A stretch of 63,946 bases of DNA, the filler included, from Reticulomyxa filosa (taxonomy: Eukaryota; Protista; Foraminifera): assembly GCA_000512085.1 (NCBI GenBank). It is 19 parts of 19 records of this genome, joined end to end, with 100 filler letters (N's around TTAATTAATTAA, not from the genome) between each part and the next. Parts side by side here need not be neighbours in the genome. Positions count along the whole stretch, not along the records: positions 38,348 to 39,597 come from ASPP01003356.1; positions 39,698 to 42,229 come from ASPP01024870.1; positions 42,330 to 44,462 come from ASPP01037324.1; positions 44,563 to 48,234 come from ASPP01049222.1; positions 48,335 to 49,394 come from ASPP01018812.1; positions 49,495 to 50,998 come from ASPP01027423.1; positions 51,099 to 52,519 come from ASPP01028667.1; 12 more parts are not named here. The stretch is one strand, 5' to 3'. Below the pieces are notes generated by a model that searched no databases, was not told the DNA's origin, and saw only the letters and a program-made list of their open reading frames with translations. This document shows positions 38,348 through 52,046 of the stretch, one piece after another; the stretch's first letter is position 1; every line of letters begins with the position of its first letter. Made by a program: the position numbers and the translations under genes.

Positions 38348-39503
38348 TTTTTTAATGTTGCCTGCATTTCTACATATACTCTGTGTTCCGGGACATATAA
38401 TTTAATATTGTGAAATCGGTGATGTGTCTTGGATTGCTTATTAAAAAAATCTTTATCTTCAGATACAATCAATTTGAATTGCTCTGCTTTTTTAATTACT
38501 GCCACTGCTGTCTGCAATTTGTTTGCATTTTCACATAATATTGTAAATCTTCCAATATCAAATACCTGATTGAAATCACCTTTATAATCTGCTTGAATTT
38601 TTTCCAATAATCTATCATTCCCTTTTAGACTTTGTGGTTTTACAACTGTAATGTCATATTTTTGTAATTCTGTGATCAAATTTGCCATTTCATTGCTGTT
38701 CATAGCATTCTCACTTCTGTCTCTCAAATCTTCAATACTTGTGGCAAGTTGTCTAATTTTCTGGGCTTTTAATTCGTAGGAAAGTCCAGCATCAATTGTA
38801 TATGTACATTGATAGTTATTCGACTCCACTGTTTTTAAATCTCCAATCGCATGAATGGAATGCTCTGAATTGTAAAACATTGCCTTGATGACTGTCGTTA
38901 CTGTTTTTTCCAAACAGTTTGGACATTCCAATTTGGTCTTGTCTGGAATGAAGGAAATTTCAATAAATTCAAGATTAACCCATACAAGCAGTTTTCCTTT
39001 TGAAGCCAAGCATTTTTCATTGTTACAATATCCTTGCAAATTAATTCCTGGTTTTATTTCTCCTACTTTTTCATGCTCTTCTTCTTTTTTCACTTTTTCT
39101 GATTTCTTTGTTTTTTTCCATTTCTTTGCTTTTTTCCATTTCTTTGCTTTTTTCCTTTTCTTCACTCTCTTTGGCCTATTTTTTTAATTTTTCATTACAA
39201 AACAAAACATATTCAATGTTTACACTACCTGCCCGCTTGTGTTAAAAATGTAAAGTGTACATCTATATTCATCAATTTCGAGGTCAGCTTTTCAATCACT
39301 AGAGCTACATTGCCATTATTCTCTTCGAGATGTTCTTTTAATTCACGTTCGTCAATTGCATCACCAAATAGCACCATTAGCGCTTTTATTTCTTTCGTAT
39401 ACTTGCTTTGTCCTGCTTTATGTTGCATTCCTCCCAAGAGATGTTTGCTTTCCTCATTTATGAATCTCTCTTGCTTTGCATCGTCGTGTGCAAATACGCA
39501 CAT
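38348..39503 (-). CDS. Fragment of a CUE-like + Cys-rich Zn-ribbon + RelA/SpoT-like nucleotidyltransferase domain protein
   Basis: LMVLFGDAIDERELKEHLEENNGNVALVIEKL (CUE-like); GINLQGYCNNEKC..CPNC (Zn ribbon); LKGNDRLLEKIQADYKGD..DIGRFTI..KTHHRFHNIKL..VEMQATL (Rel/Spo synthetase motif order). Truncated by the spacer. Confidence 0.7.
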
Positions 39504-40682
39504 ATTAATTCCCTCTTTGGTCTTGTGTCAAACATAGACGATGTTATTATTATTTTTTTTTTTTGTTTACATGATGGAGACAATTTGGAGGAAAAAANNN
39601 NNNNNNNNNNNNNNNNNNNNNNNNNNNNNNNNNNNNNNNNNTTAATTAATTAANNNNNNNNNNNNNNNNNNNNNNNNNNNNNNNNNNNNNNNNNNNNTTT
39701 TTTTTCTTTCTTTTTTTCTTCTTCTTTTCTTGGTTCATCATTCGTTTTAGTCATCGACACATAAGATCGCTTTAACTGAAATTCCATGTTTGTGGAATTA
39801 ATTAACACTCTTGTAAAATTCTCAGGTTTTTTTTTTTGGTTAGAGAGCAGAGCAAAATACCGTGAACTCCGAAAGAGTGGAAATGAAGGCAATGACTTCA
39901 TCAAATTCAGTAGTAACAGAATTTCGTTTATGAGGATAATATTTTCCAACGTTCATCTTTTTTAGAAAAATCTAAACAAAAATCCCAAGATTACAATCTT
40001 TTCCTTTTTTCATTCCATTATTGTTATCGATTGGATTAATTATTTATTTTTCTTCATCGTATATTATGAATTTAACATTCTCTGACAAATCATCAACCAA
40101 AAATCTGTTTTTCAGCAAGAAATTTTTATTTATACATGTGAAATACAATTTACAATTTGGAAATATTTCCAAAACATCCATTCTTTGAATGTTGTGATCA
40201 GATGATCAATTGAACAATCCTGTTTCAGAAAATATATTCAATTTGGCTATGAGAAAATACAAGTATGTATAGTTTTTTTGGCTGATTCACCTTCTTTTGT
40301 ACGTGCTTGTCAGTTTCTTGCTATTTTTGAGCGTGACATTTGAAAGAAGTAGAACTCAAAAAGTTTGTTTTTTGAGGGGGTATTTATTCCTTTCTCGAAG
40401 TGCTATCATGCGATCTAATAGCGATCATTCTGGCAATGTATGTTTTGTTTTGCTTTTTTTTTAGCATATTTTCCTAATCAACTTGTTTCAGTTTCTCATT
40501 GTTGTATCTTTTTGGGAAGTTTTTATTTCAAGTGGGCCTAGAAAAAAAGGAATCTTGAGTCCCCAACTCAAAGCAGAGGAATTGAGATCAATTGGTTCAC
40601 TCTTTTTTTTTATTCCCTCCTTCCTCTTTTCTGGATTGGATGTTTGTTGTATACGGTGTAGCAGTTTATAGCTGGATTTTAC

Positions 40683-42229
40683 ATGGACCCAAATGCTGCA
40701 AATAACGTGAGCCCGGACAACGAAGAAAATAGTCAATTTAGAAACAAAACCAGCAAAGACCTACCTCTCACAATGGAAGTAAATTATTTTGCCCAAGGTG
40801 ATATGTCCGACGATATTCTGCCAATTGGCCAGCATAACACTCCACCACTTGCAGAGAATATCAATAGGCAAATTTTTTTTAATTTTTTTTTGAGAAAGGA
40901 GGGGGGGAGGGAACCTTTGCACCTTTTTTATATATAAATAAGATAGCTTCTTTTGTATTGGGAATATATGTAATGTTGATTTGATAACAAACAAACAAAT
41001 AAACAAATAAATGAAATGCATACAAGAGAGTACAAAGGATCATCACTTTTCATGTCATTCTCAACACCTGGCTACTCCCAGCATGCCCAACTGCAGGGGT
41101 ATCCCCCTTACAACTCCGATCAATTCCTAAATTTTGATGAAAACTATGATAACTTCCAGTTTAGATTGTCTACCAATGTGTTCAAAACCAAGCTTAAATT
41201 TTTAGATTTTGGACCTCTCTTATCAATTTATATTGCATACATTATATACATATGTGTATGTGTATAAAATAGCAAACACACAAAAAAAAAAAAAAAAGAG
41301 AGTATGATGTAATGACACACGGAGAGTTTGTAATACCAGAGCAAGACGAGTGGGATGGCATTAACGGATATCCAATGGACTATCTCAACGACGGTTCTGC
41401 TTCGCCGCTTTCGACTGAAGTTTTCTCGACACCAAAAACAAAAAAAATGAACAAATGAGTGAACGAATAAACAGCAAAATAAATATAATAAATAAAAGCT
41501 TTGCCACAATGAATGTTGCTTTGCACAACAACAACAATAACAATTACACATAGGACTTTTATCAAACGGCATCTTTGATGCAAGCCAGATCAACTCCGTT
41601 ACAGGTATGTGTGTGTGTTATTTTCTTTGTGGCCTCCAACTCTAAACAATAGACCAAGGCACTGCGAGAGGAGCGAGAAGACGGGCATGTTTTTTTTTTT
41701 TTGTTTGTTTTTTTTTTTTTTTATGAAAACCTTGCGAAGGTTGAATATGGATTGACTTCATATCTCCATTTTTTTTTTTTTTTTTTGGAAGAGAAAAGAG
41801 AGTCCCGAGTGAACCCCTTCTTCCCCTCTCCACTTGTGTGCCCTCTTTGAAAGATTGGGTGCGAGTTGGATGGAACGACACGAACCCATGCACCAAAAAC
41901 AAGGAAAAAAACAAAAAACAAACAAAAAACAGTATTGGATATGCACATGTGTAGATGTTTGACCCAAATCTGATTAATGGACCCTCTTCTATGTTCGAGA
42001 TTCAGGTTCGTTTTGCATTGCAAATATTGGACAAAACATTGGGCAAACAATGGGAATGGTGTGTGATGAAACGGGGGTGAGGGGTGGGGGGAAAAGAGTG
42101 CAGAGGAGGAGAAAGAGCGTAACGAACAGTTACAAAAGGTCAACGAACAAATTGCCAACTTGACAAAATCATTGCAAGAAGAAGAAAAAAAAAAAGTTTT
42201 GTTTTCGATTGTGAACAGTTTTTTTTTTG
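40683..42229 (+). CDS. Hypothetical multi-exon protein, 3'-truncated
   Basis: ATG-initiated polar N-terminus (MDPNAANNVSPDNEENSQF..), short protein-like exons between homopolymer-rich introns, and a coiled-coil end EEKERNEQLQKVNEQIANLTKSLQEE. Confidence 0.45.
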
Positions 42230-43268
42230 NNNNNNNNNNNNNNNNNNNNNNNNNNNNNNNNNNNNNNNNNNNNTTAATTAATTAANNNNNNNNNNNNNNN
42301 NNNNNNNNNNNNNNNNNNNNNNNNNNNNNCCATAAGCGTTCAGCCATGCGTGATAAGGGCTTGTCCTACAATGCTGTCACCTTTGACTGGAAGACATAAA
42401 AAAATACATCTTCAGATATTACAAGGAACAAGCGAGTTTCAGCTTGATTGCCACTTCAGCTATTTTTAATCACAAAAACGCAATTTCTTTTATTCAATCC
42501 CAAGCAAAAAAAAAAAATTATAAAAACTCAGACTGTCTAGTTATATCACAACTATATGTTTGGTTCATAATATTGTCGATTAAAAACGATCATCATTTAA
42601 AAGACAGTTTCAATATCTCAAATTTGGAAAAAGATGAAAAATAATAGTCGTCTTAAAACGCGAAACACCGCTAAAGATGCAAAAAAAGAGTTTGCTGTCG
42701 CTTTTGACGGAAGCCATAAAAAACAGCTTCAAACATTACAATGTACAAGCGCTCAACAAAATTAAAAAAACAAAAAGCTTTTTTCAAAAAACTTATTCCC
42801 CCAACTTCGAAGTTCCAGACTAGTCCTTCCTTTATTCAAAAATTTTTTTTGGGTCAATGTCGTTTGGTCTGAGAGAATGAGACGTAAATTTTGTAAACAA
42901 TGAAAATTTTTTTTGTTTGGAAATATAATTCATATGATAATTTTCAATAACCTAAAAACGAATTTTTTGGGTTTATTATTTTCAATTATCCAGTTTGTAT
43001 CTCTGTGTTTGAAATCAAAAATGGAGAAAAAATTATGTGATCATAGTCCTTTAGCAAAGCTAAACATTTAGAGTTTAGCTGCTGGTATAAGTGATCTCTT
43101 TATTCGTTGATAACAGAGAACAATATACTTGACAAAACACCAGCTTTTGGTTTATGTTGACGTTGATAAAAAAACAATTTAAAAGCAAGCCTCTTTCATA
43201 CTCGCGGATCAAAGGAAAAGCAAATCGAAAACTCAAACCAACACTTTACTTGAAAAAAAATTTTGAAT

Positions 43269-44247
43269 TTAGGGAAGGAACACTTGATTAACCTTTTCGA
43301 TTTGAACTCGACAAACAGGACACTCGGACAACTCTTGAGAGCATCCTTGGCACAGGCAAAAATGGCCGCAAGGCAATAAAATATGTGTGCGTTTCTCATC
43401 AAAGCATACGATACATAACGAGTCATCATTGTTTTTACTATTATCATTGTTATCATTATTTCCATTGTCAATATTGACATCATTGGCAAGCTCTTCTTCC
43501 TTTTTTTTTTCTGGGACAAGTTGAGAGGATTTTTCCTCAACAACTCTTCGAATGGCTCGTTTCTTCTTTGTTTTTGTATTTTCTTGAACAGCTTCAGTTG
43601 AATTTTTTTTTACAATGGTATACGCTCTTCTACCTATCATATACGTCATTGATTCACTGTCCTTCAGTCTGTCAATATCCACGCATGTCTCTACAGGAAA
43701 ATCTTGCCATACTTTTCCATTTCCTAAGAATTGCCATTTTCCAGCTTCATCACTATCTAGTTTTTTATTGAAAAAAAACTTGTTCAAAAAAAATAAACAA
43801 AAAAACAAATCAATTATAACTTTTGTTTGTGCGTCTTACTGCACGTCTGCATTTAGTTTTGGCATTAACTTGTAATCCTGTGTTCATTGATCTACGTGTA
43901 ATTTGATATGTTCGCGAAAGTACGTTAATCTCTATCTATGAACAACATATCCATTTGAGGTTTAATAAGCATCATATCATTTTCACGTGTAATAAGAGGT
44001 CTTTCAAAGATATCAATAATTTATATTAGTACATTCATGTTGTTGTCATCGTCTGTTAACTGAATTATCATTCTCCAATTTCTCAAGCATTCCACAAGTC
44101 TCCGGATCATACGAACGCCAAACACCTCCGGTGTCTTTCCATTCCCAGACTACCTGTTGTAGCAAAAGTCAGTATGCGAACAAAATTCATAACATTTTTC
44201 ATATTTATTTGTGGATTTTTTACCGCTGTTTCCGGAACTGAGGCCAT
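43269..44247 (-). CDS. Tandem WWE-domain RING-HC (C3HC4, IAP/MGRN-type) E3 ubiquitin ligase, 4 exons
   Basis: WWE1: VVWEWKDTGGVWRSYDPETC..|..RTYQI..GLQVNAKTKCRRAVRR. WWE2: KWQFLGNGKVWQDFPVETC..RAYTI..VQENTKTKKKRAIRR. RING: CIVC..ILLPCGHFCLCQGC..CPVCR. Confidence 0.88.
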
Positions 44248-46659
44248 ATCTAATGAAAAAATATTTAGAAGATCAAAAAAACTTTTAAGAACACCTGTTC
44301 GGGATACGTTGTCTTTTCCATCATATTGCCTTTAACTTTAGAACAAGGGGATAAAAAGAATAGATTTTCGCCAAATTTATTATTTTTACCGTTTATCTCT
44401 ATTTAATAAGTATTTTTTCAAGTTTCTTGTCACTTGGTTAGTACCATACATAAATTCCAGTTNNNNNNNNNNNNNNNNNNNNNNNNNNNNNNNNNNNNNN
44501 NNNNNNTTAATTAATTAANNNNNNNNNNNNNNNNNNNNNNNNNNNNNNNNNNNNNNNNNNNNATCATTAAATATAATTCGACTTTTTTGGCAGCAAAGTC
44601 TTTTTCGAATAAGGAAAAGGATGCTAATCAACAAAACTAAATGCTGTAATTATGAAAAAATGCATCTTGCAATGTGAAAAAAAGATAAAATTGCATAATT
44701 TCAGGAATAGAGAATATATGATAAAAAGGCTACAAAGCCTTGAAAGTACAAATAACACGAGAAGATCTAAGTTTCGGTGCCATTTCACGAAGCAAAAAGT
44801 AAATTAAATTTCGGTTTCCAGTAAACCTGTTCAATCAAAAGAATTGTGTTTTTTGGCCGAAAAAGAAACCTTGAATACATTGTGGTCCCATTTATTGGTC
44901 GAAGAAGCATGAAGTTCTTTTTTGTTGATATTTTACATATAATACATTCACAATTCAATATTGCCTCTTTCCGCTCTTAAAAAAAAAATAGTGATAAAAA
45001 AAGAAAGACCTCATGCAAAACTGATTGAGAAAAATTCATGGACGAAGATGACAGCGACAAAAAAGAATTAGATATGAACAACAACGAGGATTGGAAAAAC
45101 CTGAAACCAAGACCAACACCAAAATAATGGGAAGAGCATAGCGACTATGACGATATTTATGTTTTCCCAGATAAAGAAATGAAAATGAAGATAAAAAAGA
45201 AGACAAATATGGCTCCCAATGAAAGCGGCAAGGAACAAGAAGCAAGTTTGCTACAACAGAAATGAAAAATCTCACCCCAACAAATCAGTGAAGAAAAATA
45301 CGAAAACCTTATCAAATAAATTTTTTTGTTTCTTTTATTTTGATTATCTTCAAATCCAGACAGACATGCGTTTGTCGATGATAAGTAGTATCTCGCTCAA
45401 AGAACAAAAAAATCTTTTCTGTACTTTATCTGATGACGCCAAATGCTTTTTGTATGATAAAACACAAGACAAAGCCCAAGTAATAAACTTTAATTTTTTT
45501 CTCTCGTTGGAAAAAAAAAACAAAAGATATGGCACAATTTAAATTCGATAAACTTTGACGTTGAAAAAAAAAAGGTCAATCTCTTGATCATGATGAATGT
45601 GGGTAAGAAAATAAAGCACCAGCTGCTCTCGATCCAGTGTCCTCAAAAAAAATGTGCAAAGGCCTAAAGAAATGTGTGGCTAGCAAATGCGACGAATATG
45701 AGATTAGACAAAAGGAAGCACACTGCAACTGAAGCAGCAAATAAGAAGACAAACAAAGATATCAACAAAAAGACAGAGCAACGACAATATGTGAAAAGAC
45801 TGAGAGGACAAACGAGTTCACTGATGCGAGCGGAAGATAGAGGAGCAGAGAAGAAAGCGCTACGACTGCAAACAAAGCAGCTGCAAATAGCAGGAAATGA
45901 GCCGAACATCAACGCCATAATATATTGTATAGACAAAAATATGGAAATGACATTTTTTTACATTTTTTGTGTGGGTCTCATTTGTTCATTCTTTTTTTTT
46001 TTACTAATGTTTTTCAATCAGTTGGATCACATTAAAGAATAGCTCATATTTCGCTTTTTTGTTATTTTTTAAAAAAAAGAATTTTTCAAGTAATATTATT
46101 CATCGCAAAAGTTTAGTGAAATTGAAAAACTAATGCACAAACGAACTCTCCAAGGAAGAAACACTCGAAGATGAGATGTTTTGGAATGCAGAATGCAAGA
46201 AAGGATTGATTCAGCTTTATTTGGGTTGTTTATTTCAATCAACTAGTTCAGACATTGACGTGAATAAAGAATGGCAAAAGAATATATCAAAAAAATAACA
46301 ACAATTAGATTAAACACATTCGATCACAGTAATGACAACAAAATACACAAGACTAAAAAGAAAAAAAAAAAATAAGGATGAGTCAATGTGTTTTTATTGT
46401 AACGTATTTCATTATCGAGTGGATTGAACGGACAACATTGTACAATTTTGTATATTGTGTCAGTGTTGTTTTTCATTTCCACGTGCTTGTACATATTCCG
46501 AGTCCGTGTATTTGCTTTGTTTCGACTGGTGCAGCAACAGCACGCTTTGCAATGCGTTGTATCATCATCACTATCATTGAGACTCAATCGAAAGCGTCTT
46601 TGGCAGCGGCCAATGCAAGAGGCGAAGAAGAAAAAAGAGGAGATATGTTGATACAACTG

Positions 46660-48230
46660 TGACCCCAAGATTAGACCATGATATCAACGTCCATCTCAAG
46701 TGCCAATGACGAAACGGAGCCAATAGCAATGACAATGGAAATGGCAGCCGATTGAAAAGCAGTATTCGTGACCGTGTTCTTATTCACATTTAATACAATG
46801 CTTTGATCATTGTTTAATGTGTTAAGATGTCACTTTGTTTCTGGATATGAATCAAGGCAAGACGCGGAAAATGGGGTCGTGTTCATATTCACAATAGCAG
46901 GATTGCTCATGTATTTGGCGAAATGAAGTGACCCTTGAGAACGCAGGTATTAATACAAGGATGTGATATTGAGAGTTTGTGCATTGCGACAAGGATGGCC
47001 ATTACTTTCTTGACTAATGTCGTCTTGGAAAAGATCCACCAATTTGTTTTTGAGTGAGTGGAAATGGTACTCCCGATATTGTGGATGAACCAATATTGTT
47101 TCCCGATCCAATCTCTTCATGTGTCTTTTCCATTGATATTATTTGTTGTTGGTGTTGTTTATCATGAAAGAATCACTATACTATTATCATTTTCTGGATA
47201 TCAAATTTTCTTTGTTTTTGTGATGCTTCCGTTCTCACCGAGACAGCAGTATTTGCTTCAGCATTCTCTTCCTTTTCATTTGCGGTTCCACCACATATGC
47301 TTCCGTGGACTTAGTACATTCCAGTTGTTTGTAACAACAAAAACAATAAACAACAAATTCATTCAAATTGCTTAGAAAGACAAAAATAATCTTTTTTTTA
47401 AAAAAAACTTCAATCTTCTTTCAAATGCATTCGTACCAATCTTACTTGACGAACGGTATACTACGATTAAATATTTTCCACCAAATCAACACGAAGACCA
47501 TACTAATTGTATCTTGGAAATGTCTTAATGTATCTTTGATGTGTTGATATCGGGGGGATCACAAATACATGTAAAGAGCGACGCATGATATTTGATCAAA
47601 TTCTGTGCATTGATGAGTTGGAGTGCATTGAATGAAAGTAGTGCATGATCGCAAGCACATAGCATTTCATTGTTATTTGCGCTTCGTTTCAATAATATCA
47701 TCCATAATCATTCATAATCTTTGGTTAACACACATGTCAGCGTCTTTTAGGGATTGCATTGTGTCTATCCTTTTCATTCACATTTATCTCCTTTCTTCTC
47801 TCAATAGTTTTACATTTCTTATACGATTCATCACCGCTTGTCATATTCCTTGACATAATTCATACATCACTGATACTATTCGTCGATATTTTTTTCTTTT
47901 CTCCTTTCCTTAAGCTAATCTTTTTCTTCTTCTTCTTCCTCCTTCTCTTGCTTTCATTCCAAATCTAAAGTATACCATTCTACAAGGAAATGGTCCATGT
48001 TCACATTGGTTTGATTAAAACATTATTACACGACTGAAAATATGATACAAATAACATATACCTTGAAATATAGCACGTTATCTTGTAACCTTCTGTGACC
48101 ACTCGTGGTAAGGTTATATTTTAATGTCGATAATGTAATTATGGATGTGCCAATAGAAAAAATTTGTGAAGCCGATCCAAAGATTGTTGAGCGCGATCCG
48201 AATTTTTTTTGTTTTCTGGACGTTATTAAA
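46660..48230 (-). pseudogene. Decayed coding sequence, family unassigned
   Basis: Protein-like stretches with all three stop types, e.g. ACDHALLSFNALQLINAQNLIKYHASLFTCICD and YQHIKDTLRHFQDT. Confidence 0.3.
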
Positions 48231-48360
48231 TGCANNNNNNNNNNNNNNNNNNNNNNNNNNNNNNNNNNNNNNNNNNNNTTAATTAATTAANNNNNNNNNN
48301 NNNNNNNNNNNNNNNNNNNNNNNNNNNNNNNNNNTAATAATAATAATATTAATAATGTAG

Positions 48361-48956
48361 ATAGAAAGCCTTCCAGTCCTGTTGAATTGAGACAATCGGA
48401 AACTGTCCTTGCATCGACACCTGCGGACTCGCCTCCTTCCAATTCCAATCCTTCTGGAAATGGATTGATGAATCAAGATGCTTCGGATATTGACATTGAA
48501 ACGGACGTAGAGAGTAATAATAGACTCCCTCATTCGCGATCACTCCACTTTTCGCGCTCTAATTCCAATTTCCGAGGACTCAATCAACATCAACGTGCAG
48601 GCTCTAATTCCAGTGGCAGGTTTAAAAGCGCAAGCGAAATTGTAGTTCGGCCTCCTGTTCCTGCTTATAACCCCCCACCCATCCCTTTGCAAACACCGGC
48701 GAGACATATCCCAAATCAAGACTCTGAACAAAGTGAAAGCGATCAAGACACCGTCGTTCCCCTTCTAAATCCGATATCTTCTCAGTCCGATATCAAGAAG
48801 AAATTTGTTCAACTCTTTGGGCCTGTCAGGGATGGCTCTCTTCCTACGGCAACGCAAATTGTTGTGCAAGAGTCAGTCAATTCAACAAAAGTAGAACCAT
48901 CACAAGTAACTACAACCGAACAACCGTCATCAAACAATGAAAGCAAATTGGAATAA
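48361..48956 (+). CDS. Terminal exon of a Ser/Pro-rich, probably disordered protein
   Basis: Open frame of ~190 aa following an AT-rich intron-like stretch ending in TAG. The 5' end is cut by the spacer. Confidence 0.6.
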
Positions 48957-51900
48957 TACAGTATTTCAAGCAAATAATTTTCATAATATTATACTCCAAA
49001 AATATAGCATACTTTTCACAAGGCACCTTTTTTACTTGTGTCACTTAGTTTTTTTTTTGTTTTTTTTTTGTACCATTTTCACCACGTTCTTTTTTGTAAC
49101 GATATTTTTCCACGTGAAGCAAAATTAAAAAGTAATACGGTCTTTTTTTTTTATGGTTCGTAATGATAATGTGTGAATAGTTTGAAACAATAATTGGGAT
49201 TAGTAAAACGACATTTTATTTGGATAAGATTGTCACAAAATAATAAAAAAAAAGTTTAAATTGATTGTCTTTTTTTTTTTTTAATCTTCAATTAAAATAA
49301 TAAAAGAAAATGATTAATTTAACTTTATCTGCAATAAATTATATTATTTCTTTAAAAAAAAATGAAAAAAGAAAGGCAGCATTGTTGTCACATTNNNNNN
49401 NNNNNNNNNNNNNNNNNNNNNNNNNNNNNNNNNNNNNNTTAATTAATTAANNNNNNNNNNNNNNNNNNNNNNNNNNNNNNNNNNNNNNNNNNNNCTTCTT
49501 TCAATCATCAATAAATAATTGATCATGAATAAATGGAATCTATTATTGGACTTGTTGTTTAATATTTTTGTTCAATAGATCGTAGATCAGTGATATCGAA
49601 CGACAAAACTGTAACAAACTGCACACTTGTAATAAACATATTGTTATTAAATATTTTCTGATTTCATTTTGTATGAAAATGACATTTTTGCAACGAGACG
49701 CTTTTTTTTAGAAGTAATCCTCAAGAATAGTTTTTGTTTAATGTTTTTTTTGAAGATTGCAGAAAAAAAACTTTTACCAAAGCGGAACCCTTACACAAAG
49801 TTCTTTGACTTAAAAGCAAATAATGTGCCAAAGTTTCTTCTTAAAAAAAAATAAGTTTTTTTTTCCCTGCTCCTTGCAAAAAATGTGAAAAACTAAAAAA
49901 AAAGTTGGTAGTCAGCTCAAACTAAAAACCATGCAAACTACTCCCTGGCTTTTGCACTGGAAAAGCTTTGCTTGTTGTCTATGTGATCATCTACCAATTT
50001 TTTTAAATTTCCATTTACATGCTATTGCGAACATTGGCAATTGGTCGAAAATTCAATTAAATTTTTCCATTTGACAGCAACTCAGAAACAAACACTTTTG
50101 CGCCTTTTTTTTTGTTAATACGAAAATTAAAAAACTAGTTTGTGCGAGAAAAAATATAAAAAACAAATCAGAAAAAGTTTCTTGATTGGTTGATTTTTGT
50201 TTAAATTAACAAGAGACAACTTTATTTGACAAGTTTTATTTGGAAGAAGTAGCTCAATGTCTCCTTGATCGATTCTTTTTTGCAATTAGTAATTCGATTT
50301 AAGTTTGTTTTTAATTTGTGCCAAACTCACAAGCAATTTGCGTGAAGATTGGGGAGATCGTTTAATCCCAATTCTTTTCGTGCAATTTCTTGTCTTTCAA
50401 AATTGAAAGAATTGAAATTATCAACAACCAATAAAATACTCACCCGCATTCCAAAAATACTCTTGAAAAAATTTTGCCACTCGCTGTTCTTGTGAGCTGT
50501 GTATAGAGTAGGATCATTTGCGAACGAGTGTTGTAATGAAAAGTGCCATTATTGCAATGTTTCAATTCCATTTTTAACTCATTTTGGTCAATCATCTCTG
50601 GAGTTTTAGTTGTCATGCCTTCGCTTGTCGGCGATTGTATACTGCTTGATGCTATCAAAGGGTATACACAAGTACAAGAGTTGCTGTTGTTGCAGGCAAA
50701 CAACCGTTCCATAAACAGTGCTGAGCGTAAGAAGTTTGCAAAATACACATACATTTTTGTAATCGTCTTTGTACAAGGAATCTCTCTTCAAGCGAAGTCC
50801 TAATGTCGTCAATCGACTGTCTACTTCCATGATTTACTTCTAATACTCTTCCTCTTTTCTTTTCTGCGAGCAAAGGTCGCTGAAGTTGTATTCTTTGTTG
50901 TCAAAAAAAGAAGCATTACATAAACCAGCATAAAAAAACTTGAACTACATCCCACCCATCCAACACTTTTGGAAATTTTTTTTTTTGAAAAAAGTGCTNN
51001 NNNNNNNNNNNNNNNNNNNNNNNNNNNNNNNNNNNNNNNNNNTTAATTAATTAANNNNNNNNNNNNNNNNNNNNNNNNNNNNNNNNNNNNNNNNNNNNCC
51101 AGCAATGTAAAACTTGTAAAATGTGGAATAAGGCGGATCTAAGAAACTGTCGAGCATGCTTCTATTTGCTCCCACAACAAAGTTATTATGTAATTCTTTT
51201 TTTTTTCCTCTTTTTTTTGTTTTGGCTCAAAACGAGATAACACTGGAAAGGTGCTTTTAAGCCTCTATGCTGTCGTCTTGTTTCAAGACGGAGTTGACGC
51301 AAAGTCACACTACGAATGTATTGAATTTTTCAATGTAAAGAAGGAGCTAGAAAAAAAAGTCTGCCAGAGTTAGGAGTAATCGTCGCTGACGAAATTAGAA
51401 AAATTGGATTAGCAAAAATATCATTATTGTTATAAAATACATACACATGCATACTTATGGTATAACCTAAATAATCCGTAAATCCATATGCTCTCCATTA
51501 TCGCTCCATGATATATCCATGTCACGTTCCGTAGGATATCACAGGTTCAATGTTTTTTTCTTGTTTGAGTTTCATCGCCCATGTATAAGCTTTTTTTGTG
51601 TCATTCATCTTCTCTTGATCTTTCAATAATATTTGGAAGCAGAAATCGTGGTCCTGAGGATTCATCACTAAAATAATTTTAGTAAGCTTTTTCATTATCT
51701 ACGAAAACTGCTTTTTCTTTTTTAAAATCTTCTGTCTGTACTTGCATTGCTGTGGTCAAGTTTGATGGTTTTTTCTAAGTTTTTTTGTTCTTTTGAACAC
51801 GTTAGTCTGAAATAACTACAATTCACACAGTTACGCATGTAGTTGTAACATTGTTAGACTGTTCCTAAGGAATGAAGAAAGTATAATCAGGATAATGTGC

Positions 51901-52046
51901 ATTGATTTTTTTTGTTCATTACATAAAAAAATAATTTTTTGCATAGTCAAATAATTAAAAGTTGCCTAAAATAGCAAAAGTAATTAAAAAAAGATCAATC
52001 ACCTGCAAAAAAACACAACTGCGACAACATCAAGTTTTCTATTTTA

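Noticed and set aside
47400-48234. In-frame TAA codons suggesting a ciliate-type genetic code
   Set aside because: TGA and TAG stops and frameshifts are also frequent here, and intact genes in the window end in TAA. Ordinary pseudogene decay explains it.
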